Of a stretch of 64,000 nt of DNA, positions 39,279-51,150 are shown piece by piece (position 1 is the stretch's first letter; every line of letters starts with the position of its first letter). Both the position numbers and the translations under genes were made by a program. This stretch comes from Azolla caroliniana (Eukaryota; Plantae; Polypodiophyta), in contig JBHGNT010000001.1 in NCBI GenBank assembly GCA_043228905.1, forward strand, positions 31,310,001-31,374,000, read 5' to 3'. The notes below the pieces were generated by a model. The model was not told the origin of the DNA. It saw only the letters and a list, made by a program, of their open reading frames with translations, and made no database searches.

Positions 39279-40030
39279 CTCTCTCTCTCTCTTTCACGCA
39301 CACACACACACATCAAGAGGATAAATGTAGGTTATTGAGACGACATACCCTCCCCAATGAGTAGCATGCATTGAGCTATGAGGAGGAACCTTTATCATGA
39401 AGGACTATTAGTTAACTAATCATCTACAAAGATAAAGGTGTATCTTGACAATAACATGCAATGCACAAGATGTATACATCACATGTTGCTATATCTCATG
39501 GGAGTATCTATCCAACCTATATGATAAAAAGGGGTATGTCAATTGGCATTTAAGTGAAGGCACGTGAGCTTATAAATGGCAAGGGTATTCTTGCCATCAC
39601 TTAATTATGTGAGGATCCAACTCATAGACACTATAAGGAAGCATGAGGGGAAGGTTGCAGGAACATGATTTTTATGTAACCCTTAGTCTAATGAATGAAA
39701 TTTGTGTGTGGTTATTATCTATCTAGTTATAGTTAGTTAGTAATTAGGAGAGAGAAAGGTAGGTTATAATGCCTAGACCATAGGCATTTAACTACAACAA
39801 CCTGTTATTATCGACCTTGTTTTTGCCATTTCCCGTTAGAGTCACAATGAGCTTTGATAAGATCTTGTTGCTACAAGAAGTGGCATGGAATTGCATCTCA
39901 CATCTATTTGGGAAAGCCTGAACTATCACCATATCTTCTGACAAAACCATCTCCCTCTTTTGGGAAAAGCTTAATAGTGAGTAATGGTGCAAATTGGGCA
40001 TACTAAAATACATGAGTGGCCTATGTAATA

Positions 40031-40198
40031 ATGAGTAAATAATATGTTTATCTATCATCATAGATGAAATTGTGATCACAAGATTACATCCAACAATTAG
40101 ACATATCCGATAGTGAGTAAATAATATGTCTATCTATCATCATAGATGAAATTGTGATCACAAGATTACATCCAACAATTAGATATATCCGATAGTGA
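40031..40198. repeat. 82-bp tandem duplication
   Basis: TGAGTAAATAATATGT.TATCTATCATCATAGATGAAATTGTGATCACAAGATTACATCCAACAATTAGA.ATATCCGATAG occurs twice. Confidence 0.9.
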
Positions 40199-41442
40199 GA
40201 GAGTAGAGTAACGATGAACTGATGGAGTTTGTCTCTAGGGGAGTAATGCAAGGTAAAGAATAAATATGGATCTAGTAGTTCTCTCTATTAGGGTTTAGGG
40301 TTTTGAAGTACATAGTACAACATTTTCAACATGATCTACTAGTTCTATATGTTAGATTTTATGGTACTATTTAAATACCAATACATTGAATATGTCCTCA
40401 TAAGCAATCAACACATGGAGATGATAAAATGCATTTGATTAGGGAATCTCATTTACCAAGATCACAAGCCAATGCTTACCCAATTTAAGAGCAGGTGTCA
40501 CTTACGAGTACAATAGAGATGCCGAACATAAGAAAATAAATGAGTTGTAGAAAAATTTACAAGAGGATGCAATTTTCGTCTTTTGGATCACGAAAGGAAG
40601 CACATGAATTTCCCACACAATGATTGGTTTGACGACAAATGGAGGAAGACTTGTCCATATACAAACTCTCATGATGAACAAGCACATATATAAGGAAAAA
40701 GAGAATGAAATTTCTTATGCAATAAACCCATGAGACACATGAAAGGGGTTAACAGGAAGAAGGAAGAAAACACGTGTATATGGGCAAAGAGCATATTCTT
40801 AGACGCATGCAAACATTGTATGCTCAATTAACGACAAATCTAAAGGATGAAAACTTTATGTAAAACAGCAAGTTAACTTTTCAAGAAGCGAAGGCAATCC
40901 AATATTTTTTCTTGTTCTTATCTTTAATCGTAATCTAACATGCTTTCAAGATATTATAGCACATTTTGGTGTTTTTAATTTCCATTGTTTATTCCAGCAA
41001 ACCTTTTATGTAGGAAATCATCCAAATTTGCATTCATTTTCAAGATTAAACAACATACCATTTTCCATTTTCAACAAAATTTTCGCATCAACCAAAATCT
41101 GGCAAAGAAAACACTTTTCTGCAAATTTAAAGCTACAACAAGCTTGGAAAGTAATTAGGGTTGAAAGGTGTGAAATGGTTCTTGACCACCATCGAGTCAC
41201 AATCCCCCCTAAAGAATGTTTTCTTAATTATATTTTTGTCTGTTTTTTCGAACTTGTTGATTGGTTCCTAGTGATCCAAACTTTGCTTTCTTATTTTTCA
41301 TGATCACTATTCCTCTTTTCAAACTTAGCCTGTGTTAATAGAATAAAAATGTTATTACTTTTCAACTTCTAAAACCAAATATAGCCTTAATCCTCCAAAG
41401 CCAAGAGTAGGTAAAAGCATGCCGCGAAGAGCCAGTCCAAGA

Positions 41443-41898
41443 GCGCACGCACCGGAAACACTACAGTGGATAAAAAGAAAAGCAAAGAGTATCGGTTGGA
41501 CACTGCGATGGTTGATGAAACACGACAAAAAAAGCGCACGCACGGGAAACACTACAGTGGATAAAAAGAAAAGCAAAGAGTATCGGTTGGACACTGCGAT
41601 GGTTGATGAAACACGACAAAAAAAGCGCACGCACCGGAAACACTACAGTGGATAAAAAGAAAAGCAAAGAGTATCGGTTGGACACTGCGATGGTTGATGA
41701 AACACGACAAAAAAAGCGCACGCACCGGAAACACTACAGTGGATAAAAAGAAAAGCAAAGAGTATCGGTTGGACACTGCGATGGTTGATGAAACACAACA
41801 AAAAAAGCGCACGCACCGGAAACACTACAGTGGATAAAAAGAAAAGCAAAGAGTATCGGTTGGATGCTGCGATGGTTGATGAAACACGACAAAAAAAG
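41443..41898. repeat. 91-bp minisatellite, ~5 near-identical copies
   Basis: Unit AGCGCACGCACCGGAAACACTACAGTGGATAAAAAGAAAAGCAAAGAGTATCGGTTGGACACTGCGATGGTTGATGAAACACGACAAAAAA. The ORF track shows identical peptides offset by 91 nt. Confidence 0.95.
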
Positions 41899-42872
41899 AT
41901 GGTGAGACTGAGGAGATCGACCTGATACAGGATGCAAATTTGAAAAGCAGCAAAGAGGATTGTTTGAAGTCTGATGATGAAAGCAGCAGGCAGCATTGTC
42001 AGTGATGAAGATTATGATGACAGTTGCGAGAATGGGGGTAAAGATGTGTGGGGTAAACTGCTGGATGCAGGTGCTTTTCTGGACGAATCAGTATCTAAAG
42101 TTGACAATGATGTAAACAATGAGTTAGGTCCTAGCTCTAACATTGGCTGCCACAAATGGCAATCAAACCAGCTTACTTTCTGACGCTATCTTTCCTGTTG
42201 ATAGGAAGACGCAAAACTATAGCCTATTCCATGTCGGGTTTGGTTGGGACTATTTCCAGAACATAGTTTTTTTTTAATTGTGTATGCCTTCCAAATTAGA
42301 AGTTCCAATATTTTATAATCATTTAAAAAGTAAATTCAAGAAATTCGTTAATAAAATTGCACGATCACCCTAGAACAGAAAGCACCACCAGCATATACCG
42401 TGCCAAGTATAACTAGATTTGTTTGAAATCATAATTTTCTAGTTCCCCAAAACTCAATGCCATTTTCTTACTTAGCAAACGAGTACATAGTACATACCAA
42501 GTACCTTCGGAGTACAATATCAAGGTTTGTTGAGCCCCAATCCCCATTAAAGCATATGACAAGTACTACTAGTATAGAAGGAGAAGAATTGTGTCGTCTC
42601 CAAACCACCTCTTACAAACTTTTCTAATCATATGTTGTTAGGTATCCACCAAAACACGTCACTTTTTTTTTGTCTCAACCAGAAGCTGATGCTATCTACT
42701 AGAAAAGCTCATCAAAAGCAACCAAGATGTTACACAGCTATACAAAAGGTCAGACACCAAATGCCATATTCTACAACACCTTGTTTGATTGGTCATTGAC
42801 ATGAACAATCTGGTAATCTCCTACCACATTGATTTTGACAAGGAGGTTAACTGTTCACATGAATGAGTTTCA

Positions 42873-45800
42873 CTAAACACGAGTGTTCAGCTTTGCTTGC
42901 CATTTATCAGCACAGGAAATGGCATATGTTCGCATTTTCGGGGAAAGCTGCTGAAGAAGTGCATCTCTCAAATGAGTGGCAGCAGTCTCTCCTGCTCGTG
43001 TTGCGAGCTCAAGGAACACTAATGCGAGGCCCCCATCACTTTCCTGAGGTAAAAAAGAAAGAGGAAATAATAAAATTAGTTAAGCATTGAGTAAATGACA
43101 AAAGGTAAAACACCTAAAAACGTTTTGGATGTTGATCAGAACATCCTTATGTTTGGGTAAAATTTATAGAAGGGATGGTATGTCTGGCAGTTTCTACAAA
43201 CTTAGGGTATTCTGATAAACATCCAAATAGTTAGTGGCGATTTAGTGCTTTGCCCAAAAAAATCACAGTTGCCATGTGATGGTCTGATTCCGAAGGTAGT
43301 ACAAAAAGAAATATATACAACTGCTAAAGATATACACCAGAAGGTGTTGGTAGAATATCATCAACTTTTCAATGACTTCCTCTTTGAAACTTTTCAGATA
43401 CCCGACCCTGTATTTGAAGGTGATGCTAGAGACTGATTATCAACTTTTTAATGAAATTCTCTTTGAGAATCTGCAGAAATGTTTTCTGAGAATGATCTTT
43501 CGTTGCTAAGTCAGACATATGCTCAAGAGAGACGCAGTAGAAAAAGCCAGAATTGTAATATGCTTTTTTATTTTGAGTAGGCTACTATTAGAAGCAATTG
43601 CGTTTATAAGAGACAGTATGTTGGTGGTAGTTACTGGAAGAGTTTTTCAAGATATTAGAGGCCAGTGTCATTAAGAAGCATAAAATATAAAGTCATCATA
43701 CAAGCAAACAGTATACCATCTCATCCTAACTCATGTCGTGACTCGTGCAATCCAAGGTCAAATTTAAAAAATCTTAAGATATTTCAAATTTGTATATAAG
43801 AACTCAACCTTGACACGAGTTAGGTTTGTCATGGTGACAGGCTTAGTTTTCTGGTAAAACTAGGTTACTGTGATTATTACTAGCATAGAGAAGAAATAGA
43901 AAAATCCCAAAAGAAACAATCCTCTGTTACTATGAATGACATGATCGGATAATGAGATAAAAAATAGAAATAGATGTACAATCAATTGGCATTGGTGACA
44001 TTGAGGGAGAAGCTTTGTAACCAAAGACCCCCATATACTATACTAGACTATAAAGGTTACATACAAGCTTCTCAATTTAAAAAGGGGTTTTATACAAAGA
44101 AAAAACTATAATCGCGACTCCTTAACTCTAGCACTCATGTGCATTTATTTTTCATCATGAACTCAAAACAATCGAGTTCGTAAACCCACTAAGCTTTGGG
44201 CCCATTGGTAGGACATTACATGTAAAACACATTCTAGAAGCTTTTAGGGATGTAAAAGCCTGAGAATTAAACATGGCATGAAAATTCATCATATGACACA
44301 GTTTCTTTGAAAACTTTGGCTTATGAACCAAAATCTATGCCAAGAGGGTTTATCTTTGTAAGTGTCTATAATGTATATTACTTTCAATCAAGTTTGCAAT
44401 CAAGCAGTTTTCTCATACAATTATGTAATCAAGAACTTCAAGGTCATGGGATTTTTGTGGATCTCTTTGAAAGACCAATAAGTACAAAATTTAGAGTTTG
44501 GTGTTTTGAGACCCACACAAACAAGTATGGTTTTGTGTCTGTAATATGCATGGAATTTTTTCTCTGAATTGTTTACAAAATTAGATGATACCCAATGTAC
44601 TAAGATGTGCATATAATGATCCGACATTAATAGGAAAAACATAAGCATTGGTGATATCTCTTTGAAAGAACAATCAGTATAGAGTCTAGGGTTTAGGGTG
44701 TTGAAGTGCCCACTAACAACATTTTGAGTATGATTTTGTGTTTGTAATATGCATGTGATTATTTCCCTCATTTATTAATGAAATCAGGCGAGACCCAATA
44801 TACCAAAATGTGACTGTAATGATCTGACTAGAATAAGAAAAACATAGGGATTGGCTATGCATATGCCTCAGAAGACATGCAACAATCAGGGAGAAATAGA
44901 GCCAAATATAGGGAAAGAATGTGAAGTCCTTAAAAAAAGAGGATTGGCATTCTGATGTTTGCTTTTAGAGGAAGATTGTAACCATTTTATACTAACTTCA
45001 GACTAGATCAAATCAAGATATTAGTGTCCACAAAACAAATTGCATAAAAAAACAAAATCAAAACTACAATTCAATTCAGCACAAGTATTTGACAAAACTA
45101 ACTACACTTCGTAAGCAACCAAAGCCTGCATGACATGGATCTTATTTCTATTAATTCAGGATTTCAGGATGTGGAAAACAATGTGGCCAATCAATTAATG
45201 ATATAAACCCAAAAAATCTAAATTACAAAGAAAATGCTAAGATCAACATTCTATTTGAACACCATTCAGCTCATACTGGATCCAATCGCATAATACCTCA
45301 TCCAATTCAAACTTTTATAAGGGAAGGGAAAGCTTGGCAAAGGATAAACCTTTCTTTTCACTTCCATAGACATTTGGCCTAAACAAACGAGGGAGGAAAA
45401 GTCATAAACACAATTTTGATTTTTCATACTCACAGCGAACAATGTTAGACCATGCTCAAACTGGGCTTTCCGGTGACCAGATAATGCAGCACGTTTCATC
45501 CACTTCCGTGCTTCTCTGAGATCTCCATTAATGCCCTCTCCTTTCCTATAGCATATGGCCAAATTATACATTGCTCTAGCACTTCCTCCTTCTGCAGCCC
45601 GTTGGTACCATCGTGCCTGTAAAACTAAGCTTTGGTAAAATGTTCCATTCTATAATCAAAGCTGAATGTTTACGTATTTCCTTTATCTAGCAATAACACA
45701 TGCCTGCCCTTTTTCAATTACCTTGAATTGGAAAAATCTACTGCAATTATTTATCTTAAACATGGTTACATCGAAATGGATCATAATAACTCCTTCCAGG

Positions 45801-47617
45801 AAATATATCAAATGAAAAAATTATACATCAGCCTAAGCAAATATATACAAGTTAAAACATCCAAAAAAAAAGAATACTTACTGCTTTTATTGAGCTACAT
45901 TCAACTCCCCTTCCCTGCTGCAAACAAAGCGCAAGGCTGTATTGCGCTCGGACATGGCCTGCGAAAGCTGCTCGTCGAAACCACATAACAGCTTCAGTTG
46001 GGTTAGCTGGATCTGTTCACATATAGCAAAAAAAAAAAAACAGATAAGTTAATGTCTCATCCAACAAATATCAGATAGATAAAAGTTCCAGCTAATAAAA
46101 ATATCAAATAAATTAATGTTCCAAGCAATTTAAATACCAGATAAAATTAATATTCCAACCAATAAAGACCAGGAAGTGCACCTTGAAGATAAGCAAGACC
46201 AAGGTTGCACTGGCCGGCAGAATCCCCAAGCTCAGCCGCTTTTTTATACCAATAGACACCTTCTTGTCGCTTACCCTGCAAAGAAAAATTGGGATGAGCT
46301 TAAATGCCTTAAAATGTCAAGTTTCAATGTCTCTAGGTGATTAGTTAAGTCACTTCTAAGTAATGAATTTAGAGCTTCTATATGATGAGTGAGTTGAAAT
46401 ACTTCAATGTGACGACTTTAAATGTTTATAAGCAATGAGTTCTTTGAAATGCTTTGTTAGCAGTTTTATAAATGCTTATTAACCATAAAAAAAAAAAGTG
46501 CATATGGTCAAGCAGAAATTACCGTTTCCCAAAGGAGGAGACCTGCATCAACCATAGCAGCTGCACATCCACGTGTCGCACCTTTCAAGAAAGAATCGAG
46601 AGCCTTATCGAGGTTCCGAGATACCCCTGCCCGTCCATGTTTGAACTTCTTCCCCCAATGCACAAAAAGCATTGCTTCTCGCAATGGAGCAAGTGCAATA
46701 CTCCACGACCGGCAAACCATGGTGGCTGCCCATAAGTTGGGCCACGAAAATGCACCCGAAATTCTCAACAGAATGTCATCAGGAAGCAAAGCAAAATTCA
46801 CACCAAAACTAGGGTTCACTGGGGGTGAAGTTTCGACACGGTGTGATGAAGTGGACCCAAAGTCAGGGTTCTTGGGCAACAACACTTGATGTGATACGCC
46901 AAAATTAGGGTTACGACTTGTAGTCAGCAACATTTCATGTGATGATGAGGAGCCAAATTTAGGATTTTTCTGCGACAACACTTGATGTGATGTAGAGAAA
47001 CCAAGATTAGGGTTTGCCGGCAACAAAGCCTGATGTGATGAAGAGGAACCAAAATTAGTGCTAGAGCTAGTAGGAAACAACGCTTGATGTGAAGAAGATG
47101 AACCAAAAGTAGGGTTAGGGTTAGTAGAGCACGAAACTTCATGTAAATTAGGGTTTCCATGTGACGAGGAGGATGAAGATGAAGGTCCATAAGCAGAAGG
47201 ATTTGGATAAACAGTGGAATGTTTAATAAGATTAGAGTTTCTCGATTGGGATGTATGTGGGGACGACAGCAGAGACCTGATATGTCTACTAAAGTTCACA
47301 CCGTGTTCTTCTGACCTGACCTTAGTTTCTCCGTGTCCTGAAGAAGAAGACGAGTGAAATTTTCTGTCTTTCCGGCCACGATTAGAAGCCCGACTTTTAA
47401 CAAAATCTGTATTGAGAAGAGGATCATCTCTGTTATTGTTATTATGAGTACTATTACTAGTATTGCTGATCTGTTGCCAATCAACCTCCATGGCTTCTCT
47501 CCATCTACTAGCAGAAGAAGAAGAAGAAGAGGACGATGAAGAAGAGGAAGAAGAAGAAGCAGAGATGGTGGAGAAGGCGTGGCCCCCAGAGGCTCGAGGC
47601 CATGTGTTCTGTTCCAT
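42873..47617 (-). CDS. F-box protein with Sel1-like repeats (At1g70590-like), 5 exons, long low-complexity N-terminus
   Basis: Exons 47617-46523, 46275-46182, 46012-45882, 45616-45434, 43043-42873, all GT-AG and in phase. F-box FALLPDDILLRI...VCRSW. Sel1 repeats WYKKAAELGDSAGQCNLG, WFRRAAFAGHVRAQYSLA, WYQRAAEGGSARAMYNLA, WMKRAALSGHRKAQFEHG; C-terminal LVFLELATRAGETAA. Confidence 0.92.
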
Positions 47618-47824
47618 GGATAGGGTAATTAGAAACTAGGGAAACCATGGGAGGGGAAGGGACGGGCTTAGAAGGCATGGTGGATCGTATCCACGGCCAT
47701 GGCAATGGCAATGGCAATGGCAATCGAAATGGCAGAAGGGCAGCTCAATCCATCCATCGAGATCGAGCAGACAGAGACAGAGAGAGATTGGGAGAAGGAC
47801 TCTGTTCTTTGTGTGGGTTAGGTC

Positions 47825-47867
<43 letters not shown>

Positions 47868-50769
47868 CTGGGACTCTGTTTTTCTCTTTTGTTTTTGCTT
47901 TTGGTGCTTTCCGTGCCCTGTTTTTGTCATTTTCACCCCTCTCTCTGTCTCTCTCTTTGTCTCTCTCTGTTCTTCTACTTTCTTTCTACTCCTCTTCAAC
48001 CCAATGCCATTGCCATTGCCATTGCCATGCTCTTCTTACACCTTACCTTCTTCTTCTTCTTCTTCTTCTTCTTCTTCTTCTTCTTCTTCATACCCATTAT
48101 GCATCGCACCACCCCATCCATCCGTTGCTTTCCCGTGCATGCCTGTCATGGTATCATCACTTGCTTCTTTTTGTTTGTTGGCATGGGAGGAGGGAAAGGC
48201 ACCAATATCAGTGCTCCAACTATTAGATTAGGGGTCACTAAGGCATCCGACAAATTGGGATAAATGTAATTGGGGGCTGGTGCGAATTGTCATGATAAAT
48301 TCTGAATGAGAGATGCCATACTTTGAACTTATCGATATGATTGCCAATTTTGAAGTTCATTGTTTGATTTGTTACGCTGCTATAGTTGTAGTGCAACTGG
48401 ATGACTATGGCAAACATCGAGATCATGTTTCTTAGGTTGGGATCAACTTTGAAATGTACATTCTATCCCGATTTTAAACTATCCATTTTATCCCATTTGT
48501 CACCCTTTGGCCCATGCTAGCTAGTAGAACTAAGAGGTGCACAAATCCTATTACTTGCTATTGTCGTTGACAGGACTCTACTTGAAGTATTATTGATTTA
48601 TCTTCAATACGTCTTGAACTTTTCGTTCTCGAATGTACCATGCTGCAAATCTCATGATTAAAATTGCTCCCTAGTTTCTTTGGTTAGTTGTTGTGAGTGA
48701 ATCAACGCTTGAATTGACCATTACGGTGGTAGTAACCATTGGTAAATTGATCCACAAAAGTCTCCTTGTTAGTGAAAATTGTGTGGTTTTATTGCACAAG
48801 GTCAATAAGACTTCGACATCGTAGACACTTTTGTCGTCGATTGCAAACTAGTAAACCACCATATTGTTACAATTGATCTTCATGTACTTGAAGATATTGA
48901 TTCTTATCCCATTCACAAAAAGATGGTATATAAAAGTTGTAATTGATAAACATTTCCAGTTTTAGCTTATTACTTATTTGGTTAAACAATGACAAAATAA
49001 ACAAGTAGGATAATGTAAGAACTACATCCACAATAAAAAGAACACGTCACATGCAACGTAGTATTGACCAAACAAGATTGCAAATGTGTCAACAAGGAAA
49101 AAAGGAAAAAAGAAGATGATCACAAAACAACATTCTCACAGACGATGACTCTCCCCGGATTTACTGATCCACAATTGTTCCATGTTGTCAATACATGGTT
49201 CTCTTCTTCTTTACTTTTGAAATATCTATTATTTATTCTCAAAATGCAAGCAAAAAAACTCTCCCAATTGAAAAGTTTGTGTCTAAGTTCCTTACTTTTC
49301 CACATCCGTTTTATTCTCACTTTCCACGAGCAATTGTTAGACTTGCTATTTTCACACCAAATCTGAGAAGATGACAATTTGGTGATGACGAATTGTTGCT
49401 CGTTGACATGGTACCACGTCGTACTCCATTGCCTAGTTGCTAGACTACAAGCCTTTGTTATCAAGTTTTTCCCTATAAGGCCATTTATTAGCTAAAAGCT
49501 TGTAAATATCACGTAAGAAAACCTAGAAATGGATTTAGTCGTTTTTCCAAAAGTTTGATTCAATCTTATCACAAGCAAATATTAACTTGCTAAGAATAAA
49601 AAAAGAGGTATAATATGCTCCTTCACTCCTATATCGTACAATGGGGTAGTGAAACTCCACCCTTGCTACTATTCAATTTGTCTATTAAGTGAATAGAGTT
49701 GAAGAATTAATTAGTTTCTCTAGCACAAAAATTCCTCTAGATGGTATGCATGTGACATGTGCTTCACAACACATTCATGTTTTTTTTACCATCTTGTGAT
49801 GCCTAACATTATGAGTTCTTAGATGAAAGTAATAACATATTGCAAATTGTTTTTGTTAACTTGTGTACCTTCTTGTGCTTTGACATTGATTGACCCCCTA
49901 AGAGATACATAATATGTAACTGAAAGTCTGAAACTATTCTTCTTTTGGAATGTGTGAAGACTCAAGGCTTGATGAAAAAGTATTGGACATTTCTATAATC
50001 ATATAGAAATCTTGCAAAGGAAGTAAAATATTAAAACTTTTAAATTTTCATTTTCTTATCATGACAATCATGAACATGGCCTGTATGTTTTTGTCTTCTT
50101 ACTACTTAACTCTATTGTAAAGATTATTTTTTGTTTTCCTTGCTTTGAGGCATGAATAGATTACTTTTAATATAATAGTAATACTATGGCATAAGAACAT
50201 TTCTATGTACATGTGTTAATTATGAGAAACCTAATGAATTTTCAATATGTAGCATTTTCTTGCTCTAATACATGCCATATCAACATTATGTATACAATCA
50301 ATCAAACATGTTGTCTATTACATGTGTGGTACATCTTGAATCAAAGACCACAATCGGCAAGAACAATAATTGGCAATGTGTTTTTTGCAACAATGTGAAG
50401 TCGAAGTTATTCCACACAGTCTATATTACAATTATTGCAACAATGACTTTAGAATGATGAACCACATCTAAGATATAATAGTTTTGATGAATAATCTCAT
50501 GAATTCTTCATGTTATAAGTCCTGATGTGTTAGGGAAATTATATAATAGAAGATAATTAGTTTTGTTTTCTTATTTTATTGTGGTTCACAATATTCACCA
50601 ATGTAGATGTACTACCATTGGTGCACTATAGATAGTTTGAACTACAATTCCTTAGAGCCTCCTGAAATTCCTTTGTCATTACACATGAATTGGATAAATA
50701 GGTTTGGTAATAATACTCATGAGAGTATAACTTATCAAAGAGTCTATTTGGAAGAGTAGAGATGGTGTA

Positions 50770-51150
50770 AAATGGGGTTTGTTTCAGTTTTGTTGGGGAT
50801 AAGGGCCGTGTGAGTTTTGTTGTTCCTCCGTGTTGTATCTATTGACCCTATTGTGGATTCGAGTTGAACTTTGTTGTATTTTGTTTCCTAACTAATGCGA
50901 AGTAGTGTTTTTTTGGAGAAAAAAAGAACTCATGAGAAAATAGAATTTGTTTTGGTCCACAAGAAGCTAACCATTAGTTGCTATTACAACTTCAAGCATT
51001 GTGAACACATTACTTTGAAAATTGGAAGTCCAACTTGGCGATGTTATCAATTTTCAACCCTTCAATTTTGGAAAACGGCTTTAATAAATATGACTGTTCA
51101 TTTAGTTAATAAGAGCCATAATGAAAACCCCACTTTTCCAAAAATCATAT
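50770..51150. repeat. Dispersed repeat, probably a TE terminus; second copy at ~57490-57790
   Basis: GTGTGAGTTTTGT...GAACTT..TGTATTT.GTTT.CTAACTAATG.GAAGTAGTGTTTTTT..GGA(G)AAAAAA at ~50808-50925 and ~57542-57632, followed by ATGAAAACC.CAC.TTTCCAA in both. Confidence 0.65.

Noticed and set aside
40287-40303. Interstitial telomeric repeat TAGGGTTTAGGG (also ~44687)
   Set aside because: Only about two units, which is expected by chance or as ordinary telo-boxes.
41443-41898. Possible CRISPR-like array
   Set aside because: The units are contiguous and near-identical with no unique spacers, there are no cas genes, and the context is eukaryotic.
6525-47617. Functional gene cluster or operon-like system linking DIR, ATG18, NDUFA9, PCH1-like, KAB1 and the F-box gene
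   Set aside because: The pathways are unrelated and the spacing is ordinary; nothing in the sequence indicates co-regulation.
47647-48263. ORFs of 84-194 aa upstream of the F-box gene
   Set aside because: Microsatellite-derived, low-complexity reading frames.
48200-49500. Possible MuDR/hAT transposase remnants (e.g. NNCSWKVRI)
   Set aside because: Isolated weak motif with no ordered set of domains.
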